Source: a candidate division Kazan bacterium GW2011_GWA1_50_15 (GTDB lineage Bacteria; Patescibacteriota; Kazan-3B-28). Taken from it: 64,000 nt of DNA. The translations under genes and the position numbers were made by a program. The stretch covers positions 279,128-343,127 of the forward strand of contig CP011216.1 in NCBI GenBank assembly GCA_001029795.1, written 5' to 3'. The notes beneath the pieces are model-generated. The model did no database searches, was not told where the DNA came from, and saw nothing but the letters and a program-made list of their open reading frames with translations. Position 1 is the first letter of the stretch; the number at the start of each line of letters is the position of its first letter. This document shows positions 48,297 through 56,635 of the stretch, one piece after another.

Positions 48297-49419
48297 CTGT
48301 CCAATTGAATTGGCGAGCGCGTAATCTACCGCGTTCGATCAGCCGCTGGCGCAAGATCGGATCGTTTATAATCGTTCGCATATGCTCGGCCAAACCGGCC
48401 ACGTCTGTTGGGGCGATGGTGAGCGCAGCATCTCCCGCCACTTCGGGCAGAGCCGAGACATCGCTGGTAATGACCGGGCAGCCGCTAGCAAAAGCCTCTA
48501 GCACCATTAGGCCGAAACCTTCGTAAAACGAGGGGAAGACCAACGCTGTGGCTGAAGCCAACAGAGCGATCTTTTCAGCCTCACTGACTTGCCCGGTAAA
48601 GACTATCCGTGTCTGCAAACCCAGATCTTGCACAAGTTGATAAAGGTCTGACGAAAGCCAACTTTTACTGCCAGATACTACCAGATTTATTGTATCAGAA
48701 TAACGCTGCTGCAGTTCGTGCATAGCTCGGACTATCAACTGCAGATTTTTACGAGGTTCGACACTGCCGACGTAGTAGAAATAGCGTGCTGGGACCTGGA
48801 ACTTCTCTTGCACTAATGTGACTTGCTGGGGCGTGGGCGGGACAAAATACTCTTCGCCTACTCCTTCATAGACACGAACTATCTTGCCCTCTGGCACGTG
48901 CAATAGACGGACCAGATCTTGTTTAGTAGATTCAGATACAGCAATGACCCTATCCGAGGTGCGCGCCTCGTAAGGATAATTCATCTGCCATTGCCAGATA
49001 CGGGATGAGAGCGGGTAGAACTGGGGGTAGATATAAAATATTAGATCATGAAAGGTCGTTACCTTAGCGCATCGTCTCGAGAGTGGCAGCAACATAGGCG
49101 AAGGCATCCACATGACGTTAAGTCCCCCGCAAACAACGTCTGCCTTGGGCCAATCCAATGGCTTAAAGACCGCGTGCAAGAGGATAGGAAAGTTCACCCA
49201 GCGCAATTTTTTTACCTCCACATTGGCAGCCCGCAGATAGGGCTGCTCGGCCAACAGTTTATCAAGGCGTTGGTCGATATCCTTGTACGATACATAGAAC
49301 AGTACATATGTATTGCGAGTATCGATAGCTAACAAGTGGCGCAAGAGCTGCAGAGTGTACTGTTCAACTCCGCTGATCTTGCCAGTCAGTAAGCCTCTGA
49401 TATCGACTCCGATGCGCAT
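48238..49419 (-). CDS. Glycosyltransferase family 4 (GT-B); start placed at MRIGVDIRG
   Basis: YYVGSVEPRKNL...SFYEGFGLMVLEAFASGCPVITSDVSALPEVAGDAA. The track ORF (to 49491) would overlap the upstream GT4 gene by 62 nt. Confidence 0.8.
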   Translation of the reverse strand: MRIGVDIRGLLTGKISGVEQYTLQLLRHLLAIDTRNTYVLFYVSYKDIDQRLDKLLAEQPYLRAANVEVKKLRWVNFPILLHAVFKPLDWPKADVVCGGLNVMWMPSPMLLPLSRRCAKVTTFHDLIFYIYPQFYPLSSRIWQWQMNYPYEARTSDRVIAVSESTKQDLVRLLHVPEGKIVRVYEGVGEEYFVPPTPQQVTLVQEKFQVPARYFYYVGSVEPRKNLQLIVRAMHELQQRYSDTINLVVSGSKSWLSSDLYQLVQDLGLQTRIVFTGQVSEAEKIALLASATALVFPSFYEGFGLMVLEAFASGCPVITSDVSALPEVAGDAALTIAPTDVAGLAEHMRTIINDPILRQRLIERGRLRARQFNWTDAAHQTLAVIEQAAHAKGD

Positions 49420-49429
49420 ACGTGGTGAA

Positions 49430-50584
49430 TTATGAATTAGGGGTTGGGGCTGACAGTCGGGACAGATGTTCGGCCCATTGGGTTTCGACAAATTCCCGTA
49501 TCTGCCGTTGGAAGTGAGCCTGGTCGAATTGCTCGGCGTGAGCCCGGATTATGGATGGCGAGAAACTCACTAGCTCGAACCGACGGACAGCGTCCGCTAA
49601 CGAGCCTGGGGACTGTTCAGAGAAGAAGATGCCGGTCTGGCCTTCTACTACAGTTTCCAGCGCCCCGCCCGCTCGGTAGGCTATCACTGGCTTACCGGCG
49701 GCCATGGCCTCCAGGGGGACAATACCGAAGTCCTCTTCCTGCGGGAACAACACAGCCTTGCATCGCAGAAACTGCTGGGCGGTCTCTTCGTCTGACAACC
49801 GACCCAAAAATTCAGTCTTGGGAGAGCGGGCTAGTTTTTTGAGGCGGGCTATCTCCGGCCCTTCGCCGATAATCTTCAGCGGCAGTCCCAATCCATTGAA
49901 TGCCTGCACCGCGATATCGGTGCGCTTGTATCCGATCTGCCGGCCGACTACGAGATAAAAATCACCGGGGGTACTTTCACCTTGGAATCTAGCAAAGTCT
50001 ACCGGCGGGTAGATAACCGTGGATTCGCGCTCATAGTATTTTTTTATCCGTCCGGCAGTATTTTTTGAGTTAGCTACGAATACGTCCACTCGGTCAGCGG
50101 CAACTCGGTCCCAGATGCGTAAGCGATGCACCAGCGAGGGCATAGCCAATTTTATTAATGGGTCTAGAACCCCTAACTGCTTTTGGCGCAGATATTCATG
50201 GTAGTGACTCCAATAGTAGCGAGTGGGGGTGTGACAGTAGCAGATATGAAGGGTTTCTGGCTTAGTCAAAATCCCCTTAGCCTCGGCGTGGGCCGAGGAG
50301 GTCACTAGGTCGTAGCCGTCTAGGTTAAACGATTCGAACACGGCCGGCCGAATGGCCGGAAAGAGTTGCTGTTTGTAGCGGAGGGGTGACTTTTGCAGAT
50401 AACTCGTAATGACCCGCCGGCCGCGGAGCTCCGGAAAGGCCTCGGCCTTAAACACTGATGTAAAGATATCGGCCCTAGGGAAAATTTCGGCAAAGTTTAA
50501 AATGACGCGTTCGGCCCCGCCTCGACTGGTCAGCCAGTCGGCCACGATCGCTACCCTTAATTCGTCAAATTGTTTCATCCCCAT
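49430..50584 (-). CDS. Glycosyltransferase family 4 (GT-B)
   Basis: 384 aa; EDFGIVPLEAMAAGKPVIAYRAGGALETV with the E-x7-E motif. Confidence 0.8.
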   Translation of the reverse strand: MGMKQFDELRVAIVADWLTSRGGAERVILNFAEIFPRADIFTSVFKAEAFPELRGRRVITSYLQKSPLRYKQQLFPAIRPAVFESFNLDGYDLVTSSAHAEAKGILTKPETLHICYCHTPTRYYWSHYHEYLRQKQLGVLDPLIKLAMPSLVHRLRIWDRVAADRVDVFVANSKNTAGRIKKYYERESTVIYPPVDFARFQGESTPGDFYLVVGRQIGYKRTDIAVQAFNGLGLPLKIIGEGPEIARLKKLARSPKTEFLGRLSDEETAQQFLRCKAVLFPQEEDFGIVPLEAMAAGKPVIAYRAGGALETVVEGQTGIFFSEQSPGSLADAVRRFELVSFSPSIIRAHAEQFDQAHFQRQIREFVETQWAEHLSRLSAPTPNS

Positions 50585-50621
50585 TCTCCATCATTCATGA
50601 TTCATCATTCATAATTCGTGC

Positions 50622-52001
50622 TTAATAGCTCCCCTTCCGGGTTAAGACCGCGCCGATGGTCTGCAGGATAATTTTAATATCAAGAAGTGGCGACCAGTGT
50701 TCAATGTAGAAAGTATCGAGCCCCACATACTCGTCGAACGAGATATCGCTCCGACCGGAGACCTGCCACGGGCCGGTCAGACCGGGCTTAACCAATAACC
50801 GGCGGCGGGCGGCATCACTATACTCTGCCACTTCGTTGGGTAGCGCCGGCCGGGGACCGACCAAGCTCATCTCGCCTTTCAACACATTAAACAACTGGGG
50901 CAGTTCATCTAAGCTGGTTTTACGAATAAACTTACCCACGCGGGTTATCCGCGGGTCATCTTTGAGTTTAAATAACGGGCCATCCGCCTCGTTGCGTTCC
51001 CTAAGTTCCTCCAGCATCCGCTCGGCCCGCTCGCCTCCCAGCCCCGGACTCATCTCGCTGTACATCGATCGAAACTTATAAAAAGTGAACGGTTCGCCCA
51101 ATTCGCCAATCCGCTTCTGGGCATAGATCACTGGGCCTTTCGAATCCAGTTTAATAGCAACAGCGACCACCGCCATTACCGGCAGAGCCACGACCATTCC
51201 GATACATGTAGCCCCGATATCAAATAAACGCTTTGCTACCCTCCCCCAGCCAGAGAGCGGAGTAGGTGAAAGTTCGATAATGGGATAGCCTACCAATGTG
51301 TCCACCGTGATGTGGGAGGTGTAGAGACCAGTCAAGCTTGGCACATACTGCAGAGTCACATCGTGGTCCTCACACCAGCGAATGAATTTTAACATCTGTT
51401 CGCCGGTAAGTTCATGGCCGATAATGACGCGATCAGGCCGATGCTGGGCCAAGACCGAGAGGTCCAGCTCGGCCATCACTCCAACTAGTTTCTGCCCCGG
51501 CTGCGCGGATCTGACTTGGCCGCCCAAATCATCAGCCATCTTCCCGCTAGCGATCAGGGCAACTCGCTCAACACCAGTGCCGGCGTACTGCAGCCACTGT
51601 TTGAAGTAGTTGACTATGGCTCGGCCTAGAAGTACGAACACTACACTAAACACCCAGAAGTAGGTCACGATCAGGCGCGAGAAGAAACTGGTCTTGGCGA
51701 TAAATAAACCGATAACAAAAACGGCCAATGCCACCGAAGTGGCGATCAAGACCTTCCCGGCCAGCTCCCAAGGGTTCCTAAACCCGCGGAATCGGTACAA
51801 CCCAAACCCAAAGAACGACACTAGCCAGAGAGGGGCCAACTCCATCACCAACCGGAGGTAGTCCGGAAATGGCAGAATATAGATGATAGGCACAAATTGC
51901 CACTGGAGCCGGAGCCAGTAGGCGCCAACAAAAGTCAGTACCACCATGACATAATCGAGCGGTACCAATAGCAGGGTGAAAAATTGATTGAATCGTCTCA
52001 T
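50622..52001 (-). CDS. Polyprenyl-phosphate sugar phosphotransferase (WbaP/PssY-type bacterial sugar transferase); start placed at MRRFNQ to clear tRNA-Val
   Basis: C-terminal catalytic domain ...YKFRSM...DELPQLFNVLKGEMSLVGPRP...KPGLTGPWQVSGRSD. The track ORF (to 52073) overlaps the tRNA. Confidence 0.85.
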   Translation of the reverse strand: MRRFNQFFTLLLVPLDYVMVVLTFVGAYWLRLQWQFVPIIYILPFPDYLRLVMELAPLWLVSFFGFGLYRFRGFRNPWELAGKVLIATSVALAVFVIGLFIAKTSFFSRLIVTYFWVFSVVFVLLGRAIVNYFKQWLQYAGTGVERVALIASGKMADDLGGQVRSAQPGQKLVGVMAELDLSVLAQHRPDRVIIGHELTGEQMLKFIRWCEDHDVTLQYVPSLTGLYTSHITVDTLVGYPIIELSPTPLSGWGRVAKRLFDIGATCIGMVVALPVMAVVAVAIKLDSKGPVIYAQKRIGELGEPFTFYKFRSMYSEMSPGLGGERAERMLEELRERNEADGPLFKLKDDPRITRVGKFIRKTSLDELPQLFNVLKGEMSLVGPRPALPNEVAEYSDAARRRLLVKPGLTGPWQVSGRSDISFDEYVGLDTFYIEHWSPLLDIKIILQTIGAVLTRKGSY

Positions 52002-52028
52002 AAAATCTAAGCCCCCAGACCGGCTCTC

Positions 52029-52105
52029 TGGTGGGCTCGCCCAGATTCGAACTGGGGACCTTCCCCACGTCAAGGGAACGCTCTAACCAACTGAGCTACG
52101 AGCCC
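52029..52105 (-). tRNA. tRNA-Val (anticodon GAC)
   Basis: Acceptor GGGCUCG/CGAGCCC, D-arm GCUCAGUUGGUUAGAGC, anticodon loop UUGACGU, T-loop UUCGAAU, CCA encoded. Confidence 0.85.
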
Positions 52106-52120
52106 CGAACAGGGCTTATT

Positions 52121-52756
52121 TTACTGGGATTCGCCCAACACTTCAAGGATGCGCGCCCGGACCGTCTCCAGGGCATCCTGGAGAGCGTCGCGGCTGCCGT
52201 TGTTGTTGATGATCAAGTCGGCTTCATCTTTACCCGGTTCGACATACTTATCGTGCATCGGCTGGGCCGAAGTCAGGTACTGATTCAACGATTCTTGGAA
52301 ACTCCGGTCGCGTTCGCCCACATCCCGTTCCAGCCGGCGGGCTAGTCGGATATCGCCATCTACTTCCACAAACAGGGTCAGATCCAAGAGGTTAGCCACC
52401 CGCTTGTCGGTCAGGATAAGGATTCCCTCTACAATAATGACTGGTTTAGGTTCAACATACACGGTCATTGGTTTGCGAGTGTGGGTCTCAAAGTCGTACT
52501 GGGGCATGTTGATGGGCCGGCCGGCCTTTAGATCGGTCAGATGCTCAAAAAACAACTCCTCGTCGATGGCTTGGGGTTCGTCATAGTTTAAGTCCTTGCG
52601 ACTCTCAAGTGGGATATTGCCGCGGTCTTTATAGTAGTTGTCGTGCGAAAAGATGAGGACTTTGGCCGGATCGGACTTCTGCAATTCTTGGGCGATGTAG
52701 GTTTTGCCTGAGCCAGTGCCACCGGCGATACCGATCAAAAAAGGTGATTTTTCCAT
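52121..52756 (-). CDS. udk: Uridine kinase
   Basis: 211 aa; P-loop GIAGGTGSGKT, then LIFSHDNYYKD...YDEPQAID...VIIVEGIL. Confidence 0.8.
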   Translation of the reverse strand: MEKSPFLIGIAGGTGSGKTYIAQELQKSDPAKVLIFSHDNYYKDRGNIPLESRKDLNYDEPQAIDEELFFEHLTDLKAGRPINMPQYDFETHTRKPMTVYVEPKPVIIVEGILILTDKRVANLLDLTLFVEVDGDIRLARRLERDVGERDRSFQESLNQYLTSAQPMHDKYVEPGKDEADLIINNNGSRDALQDALETVRARILEVLGESQ

Positions 52757-52813
52757 AGACCCATTATGCCACAGTTCACCTTGACTGGGGCGGATAAATT
52801 AGTTATATTGGCT

Positions 52814-53352
52814 CTGCTCTTTGCCAGTGTGCGATTGCCTCTCCCCAGTTTTGGGGAAGGGAGGAAAGTCCGGACACCACCCTGGAACAGAAAAGTCGCT
52901 AACGGCGACCCCTCGATGTATTTCGGGGAGGGAAAGTGTCACAGAGACAATACTAAACTTTCTTGAGAGGCATCTTATGGTTTTCTCTTAGCAGGGAAGG
53001 AGAGCAGCGAGCTTGTCCTAACTCTGTCAGGATGGGCTTTTGCCCACGAGTGTCGAGAGGAAACCGTAGGTTGCCTCTCGAGATTGTTAAAAGGTGAAAA
53101 GCGGTAGGGTGTTGAAATGTTGGAAAGCGGGCCAATCCCGCCAACCGGCCTCCAAGCTACCTACCGGGCTCCGTCGCGAGACGGATGTTCTGGTAAACCC
53201 TTTTCGGTGCAAGTTGGGCTGGACCGTTCATATCAATTGGTTTGTTCCGGGCAAGGTATGAAGGGGCCCCAACGCTTGATCCTGTCAGCAATGGCAGGGC
53301 TAGATAGATAATCGCTAAAACAGAATCCGGCTTACAGCTGGCAAAGAGCATT
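52814..53352 (+). ncRNA. rnpB: RNase P RNA (bacterial type A-like) with ~150 nt of extra sequence in the specificity domain
   Basis: P4 5' strand GGAGGAAAGUCCGG (52850-52870) and P4 3' strand ACAGAAUCCGGCUUA (53320-53335). P1 gcucuuugccag/cuggcaaagagc closes the molecule. A GGUGAAAAGCGGUAGGG block follows the repeat. The track ORFs across it look spurious. Confidence 0.8.
52990..53095. repeat. Copy B of the ~95-nt hairpin-rich structured repeat, embedded inside rnpB
   Basis: aggagagcagcgagcttg-[tcct..agga]-[gggc tttt gccc]-acgagtgtcgagagg-loop-cctctcgagattgttaaaa. It is collinear with 28020-28120 and carries paired (compensatory) substitutions in every stem. Confidence 0.7.
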
Positions 53353-53427
53353 GAAGAATGTCTGTGTGTAATGTTAATACCGCCACTATTCACGACCGTG
53401 AACAGTGGCAATATTAGTGTGCCCCGA

Positions 53428-53916
53428 TTAACGAACGAGGCGACCGATATAAAGAGAGACGAAGTCCCCCACCTGATGATAGCCAATCAACCACTCGATC
53501 CAGTCCTCACACTGATACTGGCTGACCCAGACACTCTGCTGATGCCGTTTGAATCCAAGCAGTTTGATGTGGTACCTAAATCTGTCTCGCAGTTTCCGAC
53601 GCGATTCGGGGATATCAAAAACCAAAATTCGTGTGTTGCCGTCCGTGGCTTTGACCAGACGCAGGACTGGCAACAATCGTACCGCGCCCAAATCTGTCAG
53701 ATAATACTTATCCTTGCCTCGTCTCTCCAACTCGCCTTCGTGAACCAAGCTGTTGATTATTTTCTGAACAACGACAGGTCTCAGCTGAAACATTCCTTTG
53801 TACCGCGCCATTAATGGAATGGCGGCTAATTCAATCAGCTGGGCACCAGCGTACTTCAAAGAACGGAGGACGGCCCGCCGGATGATGATTCGTTTGGTGT
53901 TGGTCAGCTTTGGCAT
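53428..53916 (-). CDS. Putative transcriptional regulator: N-terminal winged-helix plus C-terminal Cas2/VapD/PaaX-C-like ferredoxin-fold domain
   Basis: 162 aa; wHTH-like LRSLKYAGAQLIELAAIPLMARYK...VQKIINSLVHEGELERRG. The C-terminus RILVFDIPESRRKLRDRFRYHIKLLGFKRHQQSVWVSQY recalls the Cas2 beta-alpha-beta pattern. No cas genes or CRISPR array nearby. Confidence 0.4.
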   Translation of the reverse strand: MPKLTNTKRIIIRRAVLRSLKYAGAQLIELAAIPLMARYKGMFQLRPVVVQKIINSLVHEGELERRGKDKYYLTDLGAVRLLPVLRLVKATDGNTRILVFDIPESRRKLRDRFRYHIKLLGFKRHQQSVWVSQYQCEDWIEWLIGYHQVGDFVSLYIGRLVR

Positions 53917-54038
53917 ATGATATTGTCAAAATCAACGGCCGTGAGGGGTGACAATAACATTCTAGTTCGTTTCTTGTTTAGCTCCAATCCCATTTGCCGG
54001 TCAAGGGACAGAACCAGGAGTATCTTTGCGTCCCCTTA

Positions 54039-54058
54039 TCCGCTCGCAGAGCGGTTTT
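54039..54058 (+). terminator. Plus-strand terminator-like hairpin in the divergent spacer upstream of the large lipoprotein gene
   Basis: ccgctc-gca-gagcgg followed by ttttt; a TGGACA-17-TATGGT promoter-like sequence follows at ~54066-54094. Confidence 0.35.
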
Positions 54059-54130
54059 TGGGTGGACAGGCACCTCGTTTTATGCTATGGTGAGCGTGGT
54101 TCTTTGATAATTTAATCTCTCAAAAAGGAT

Positions 54131-56569
54131 GTGGTAAAAATGAGGTTTGCCCTCTTGGTAGTCATTCTTTTGGTGGGCTGCCAGAGTGGCGGCCCCAAAG
54201 TTGCCGGTGCGCCATCGAAAATTGTCGATGGTGATTTGGTCGCCTCGCTCACCCAGCAGTTCTGGGCGGAGCGGGAGAGAATCATCTCTGGCGGCATCCA
54301 ACCGCCACCGGGAGCCGACCAAGTAACTGATTTGGTTTGTGACGGCACAACTCTGACTTGGTCCTATGTTAATCTTGGTGACTACAACCAAGACGGCGAG
54401 GCAGGTATCGCCGACCTTACTTCCATCGCCCTGCATTTTGGGCACAAGCAGGATCCGGCATTCCCGGACTTGCTGGACGAGGTCATCGACGGCGATAAAA
54501 GTACAGAGGTCGGCGTTTCTGACATTACTCCTATCGCTCTGAACTATTTGGCGACCGTTGCCAGATATTCCATACAGGGGGCTAACGCTCCCGATGGAAG
54601 TTTTGGCGAGGTCGGCAGTATCAGCCGTTCGGCCGGCAGTGGGTTAGGTCGGTTGCAGTTTGTAGCCGAACTCCCTGTTACCGAACTGTTGTTCTTCCGG
54701 ATAGTTCCGGTCGACGGTGGCGGCTCGCTCGGAGCCCCGTCCAATGTAGTGGCGGGACCGAACGCTAGGCCAGTCATTACTACGATCTATGTGGAGCCGA
54801 CCGAGACCTACACCGGCCAGCCGGTCACTTTCTCAGCTGAAGTTAGCGGCACAGAGCCGTTCTTCTACGGCTGGGATTTTGCCGGAGCAACTAATCCTCT
54901 GTCCTCCGCCGAAACCTCCCCTACGGTCACCATTACCGCCGGGGTCGGTATCTACAATGCTACCCTCACAGTCGCCAACGAATATGGCGAAAGCGAGTTC
55001 GGATTTCCCATTGATGTGCGGATGCCCGTCCCGCCTGACATTGTTGAAATTATACCGACATCGGGCGTGGCAGGGACACAGATAACATTCCAGGCCACCA
55101 TAACGGGTGAACCAGCCCCCGCTTATGCGTGGGATTTTGGTGGAGCGGCTATCCCTAATATCTCTGCGGATATATTCCCAACCGTAACCCTGTCCGCGAC
55201 CGACGATTATACGGTGTCACTCACGGTTACCAATTTGGCCGGAGAGGGTAGCTTACAATTGCCGTTCGTCGTCGTTCCCCCGCCACAGCCGCCGGTCATT
55301 TCCGGCGTGACAGCGCCGAACGGTATTGTTGGCACCAACGCAAGTTTCAGCGCGACGGTGAGCGGCGACGAACCCCTCACCTACGCTTGGGATTTTGGTG
55401 GCGGCGGGCTACCCAATACCTCCGCTGACACTGACCCGGTTATAACTTGCGAGACGGTCGGCAATTTCAACTGCCATCTTGAGGTTAGTAACGCGGTTGG
55501 CACGGATGGATATAATTTCTTCTGGGAAGTCCGTGGGGGGACTTGGAATGCGGTGTCTTTAGGAGCGATCGGACGCGGCACCGCACCGATCATTGCCTAC
55601 GGTTACCCGGCCGTGGCCTACACTGATGGGCAAACCACCGAAGTCAAATTCGTTCGAGCAACCGATCCATTCGGCGACGCTTGGGGAACAGCTACCACCG
55701 TCGCCAATTGGGGCAGTGGTCTGTCGGCTGTGGCGGTTAACGGTCATCCAGCCATTGCTTTCTACGCTGATGATGCTTTGCATTATATTAGGGCGTTGGA
55801 TGCGGAGGGCAGTAGTTGGCCACTCACCGACATTGTCGTTGACAGCGGCGGTTGGCTATTATTGCCTTCACTCATAGTCGTCAATGGCAATCCGGCCGTG
55901 GCGTATTATGACTACGCCAATGAGCGAGTCAAATACGCTCGAGCCGCTGACGGTGACGGTGACACTTGGGGTTCACCCCAAGTCATCGACGATGGGCTTG
56001 GTATCTACGGCGGCCAACCGACGCTGGCAATGGTTAATGGCCAGCCAGCCATCGCCTACGCCGATTACACTGCGGGGGTGCTACAGTTCGTGCGCTCGAT
56101 TGACGCGTACGGCGACAACTGGAACGCTCCCCTCGCACTGGACGGTGAGGGCTACTCTCCTCGCATCGCCACAGTGAACGGCCAGCCAGCCGTTAGTTAC
56201 ATTACCGGTAGCGGAGCATTGAAACTCATCCGCTCGATCGATGTGGATGGACAGAACTGGGGTCCATCGACCGAAGTGGTGGCGGCTCCCGGCGGCGAGT
56301 GGGTGTTGGGCAAGCACTCACTAGCTATTATCGCCGGCCGGCCGGCCATTGCCTACGCCATGAACACGACCGGAACCCCGCAGGAACGGGATATTCGGTA
56401 CATCCGGGCGTCAAACACCGAGGGCACCGACTGGAGCGAAACAGCAAGTCAGCTGTGGCCGCTTGGTGGATTTGAGCCGGGATTGGCCAGTATCGGCGGC
56501 CGGCCAATGGTCACTTTTTCCATCCCCGGGCCGGGAGTCGAACCCTTGTTCGTCGCGCACCTCGAATAA
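54131..56569 (+). CDS. Large surface lipoprotein: dockerin-like Ca-binding repeats + 3-4 PKD-like domains + C-terminal BNR/Asp-box beta-propeller
   Basis: 812 aa; lipobox LLVGC. Dockerin-like GDYNQDGEAGIADLTSIAL and DGDKSTEVGVSDITPIAL. Three ~85-aa repeats carry WDFGG/YAWDFGG (PKD signature). The C-terminal half has 6-7 repeats of NGxPAxAY...IR..D..G..W (DGDGDTWGSP, DAYGDNWNAP, DVDGQNWGPS). Confidence 0.7.
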   Translation: MVKMRFALLVVILLVGCQSGGPKVAGAPSKIVDGDLVASLTQQFWAERERIISGGIQPPPGADQVTDLVCDGTTLTWSYVNLGDYNQDGEAGIADLTSIALHFGHKQDPAFPDLLDEVIDGDKSTEVGVSDITPIALNYLATVARYSIQGANAPDGSFGEVGSISRSAGSGLGRLQFVAELPVTELLFFRIVPVDGGGSLGAPSNVVAGPNARPVITTIYVEPTETYTGQPVTFSAEVSGTEPFFYGWDFAGATNPLSSAETSPTVTITAGVGIYNATLTVANEYGESEFGFPIDVRMPVPPDIVEIIPTSGVAGTQITFQATITGEPAPAYAWDFGGAAIPNISADIFPTVTLSATDDYTVSLTVTNLAGEGSLQLPFVVVPPPQPPVISGVTAPNGIVGTNASFSATVSGDEPLTYAWDFGGGGLPNTSADTDPVITCETVGNFNCHLEVSNAVGTDGYNFFWEVRGGTWNAVSLGAIGRGTAPIIAYGYPAVAYTDGQTTEVKFVRATDPFGDAWGTATTVANWGSGLSAVAVNGHPAIAFYADDALHYIRALDAEGSSWPLTDIVVDSGGWLLLPSLIVVNGNPAVAYYDYANERVKYARAADGDGDTWGSPQVIDDGLGIYGGQPTLAMVNGQPAIAYADYTAGVLQFVRSIDAYGDNWNAPLALDGEGYSPRIATVNGQPAVSYITGSGALKLIRSIDVDGQNWGPSTEVVAAPGGEWVLGKHSLAIIAGRPAIAYAMNTTGTPQERDIRYIRASNTEGTDWSETASQLWPLGGFEPGLASIGGRPMVTFSIPGPGVEPLFVAHLE

Positions 56570-56572
56570 CTT

Positions 56573-56616
56573 AAAACCGTCCCGCCATCACTTGTGTATG
56601 GCGGGACGGTTTTTTC
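56573..56616. terminator. Bidirectional rho-independent terminator between convergent surface-protein genes
   Basis: aaaa-ccgtcccgcca-tcacttgtgta-tggcgggacgg-tttttt. Confidence 0.75.
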
Positions 56617-56635
56617 TTGTGAACAACTTGAAATT

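Noticed and set aside
52766-53486. Four six-frame ORFs (52766-52966 +, 52953-53144 -, 53117-53311 +, 53157-53486 -) across the udk-regulator spacer
   Set aside because: The region contains the RNase P RNA P1/P4 signatures on the plus strand. The ORFs have no protein-like composition or SD and overlap one another, so they are treated as spurious.
53428-53916. Possibility that the Cas2-like protein marks a CRISPR-Cas locus
   Set aside because: No direct-repeat array and no other cas genes occur anywhere in the 64-kb window. The N-terminal winged helix points to a PaaX/Cas2-fold regulator instead.
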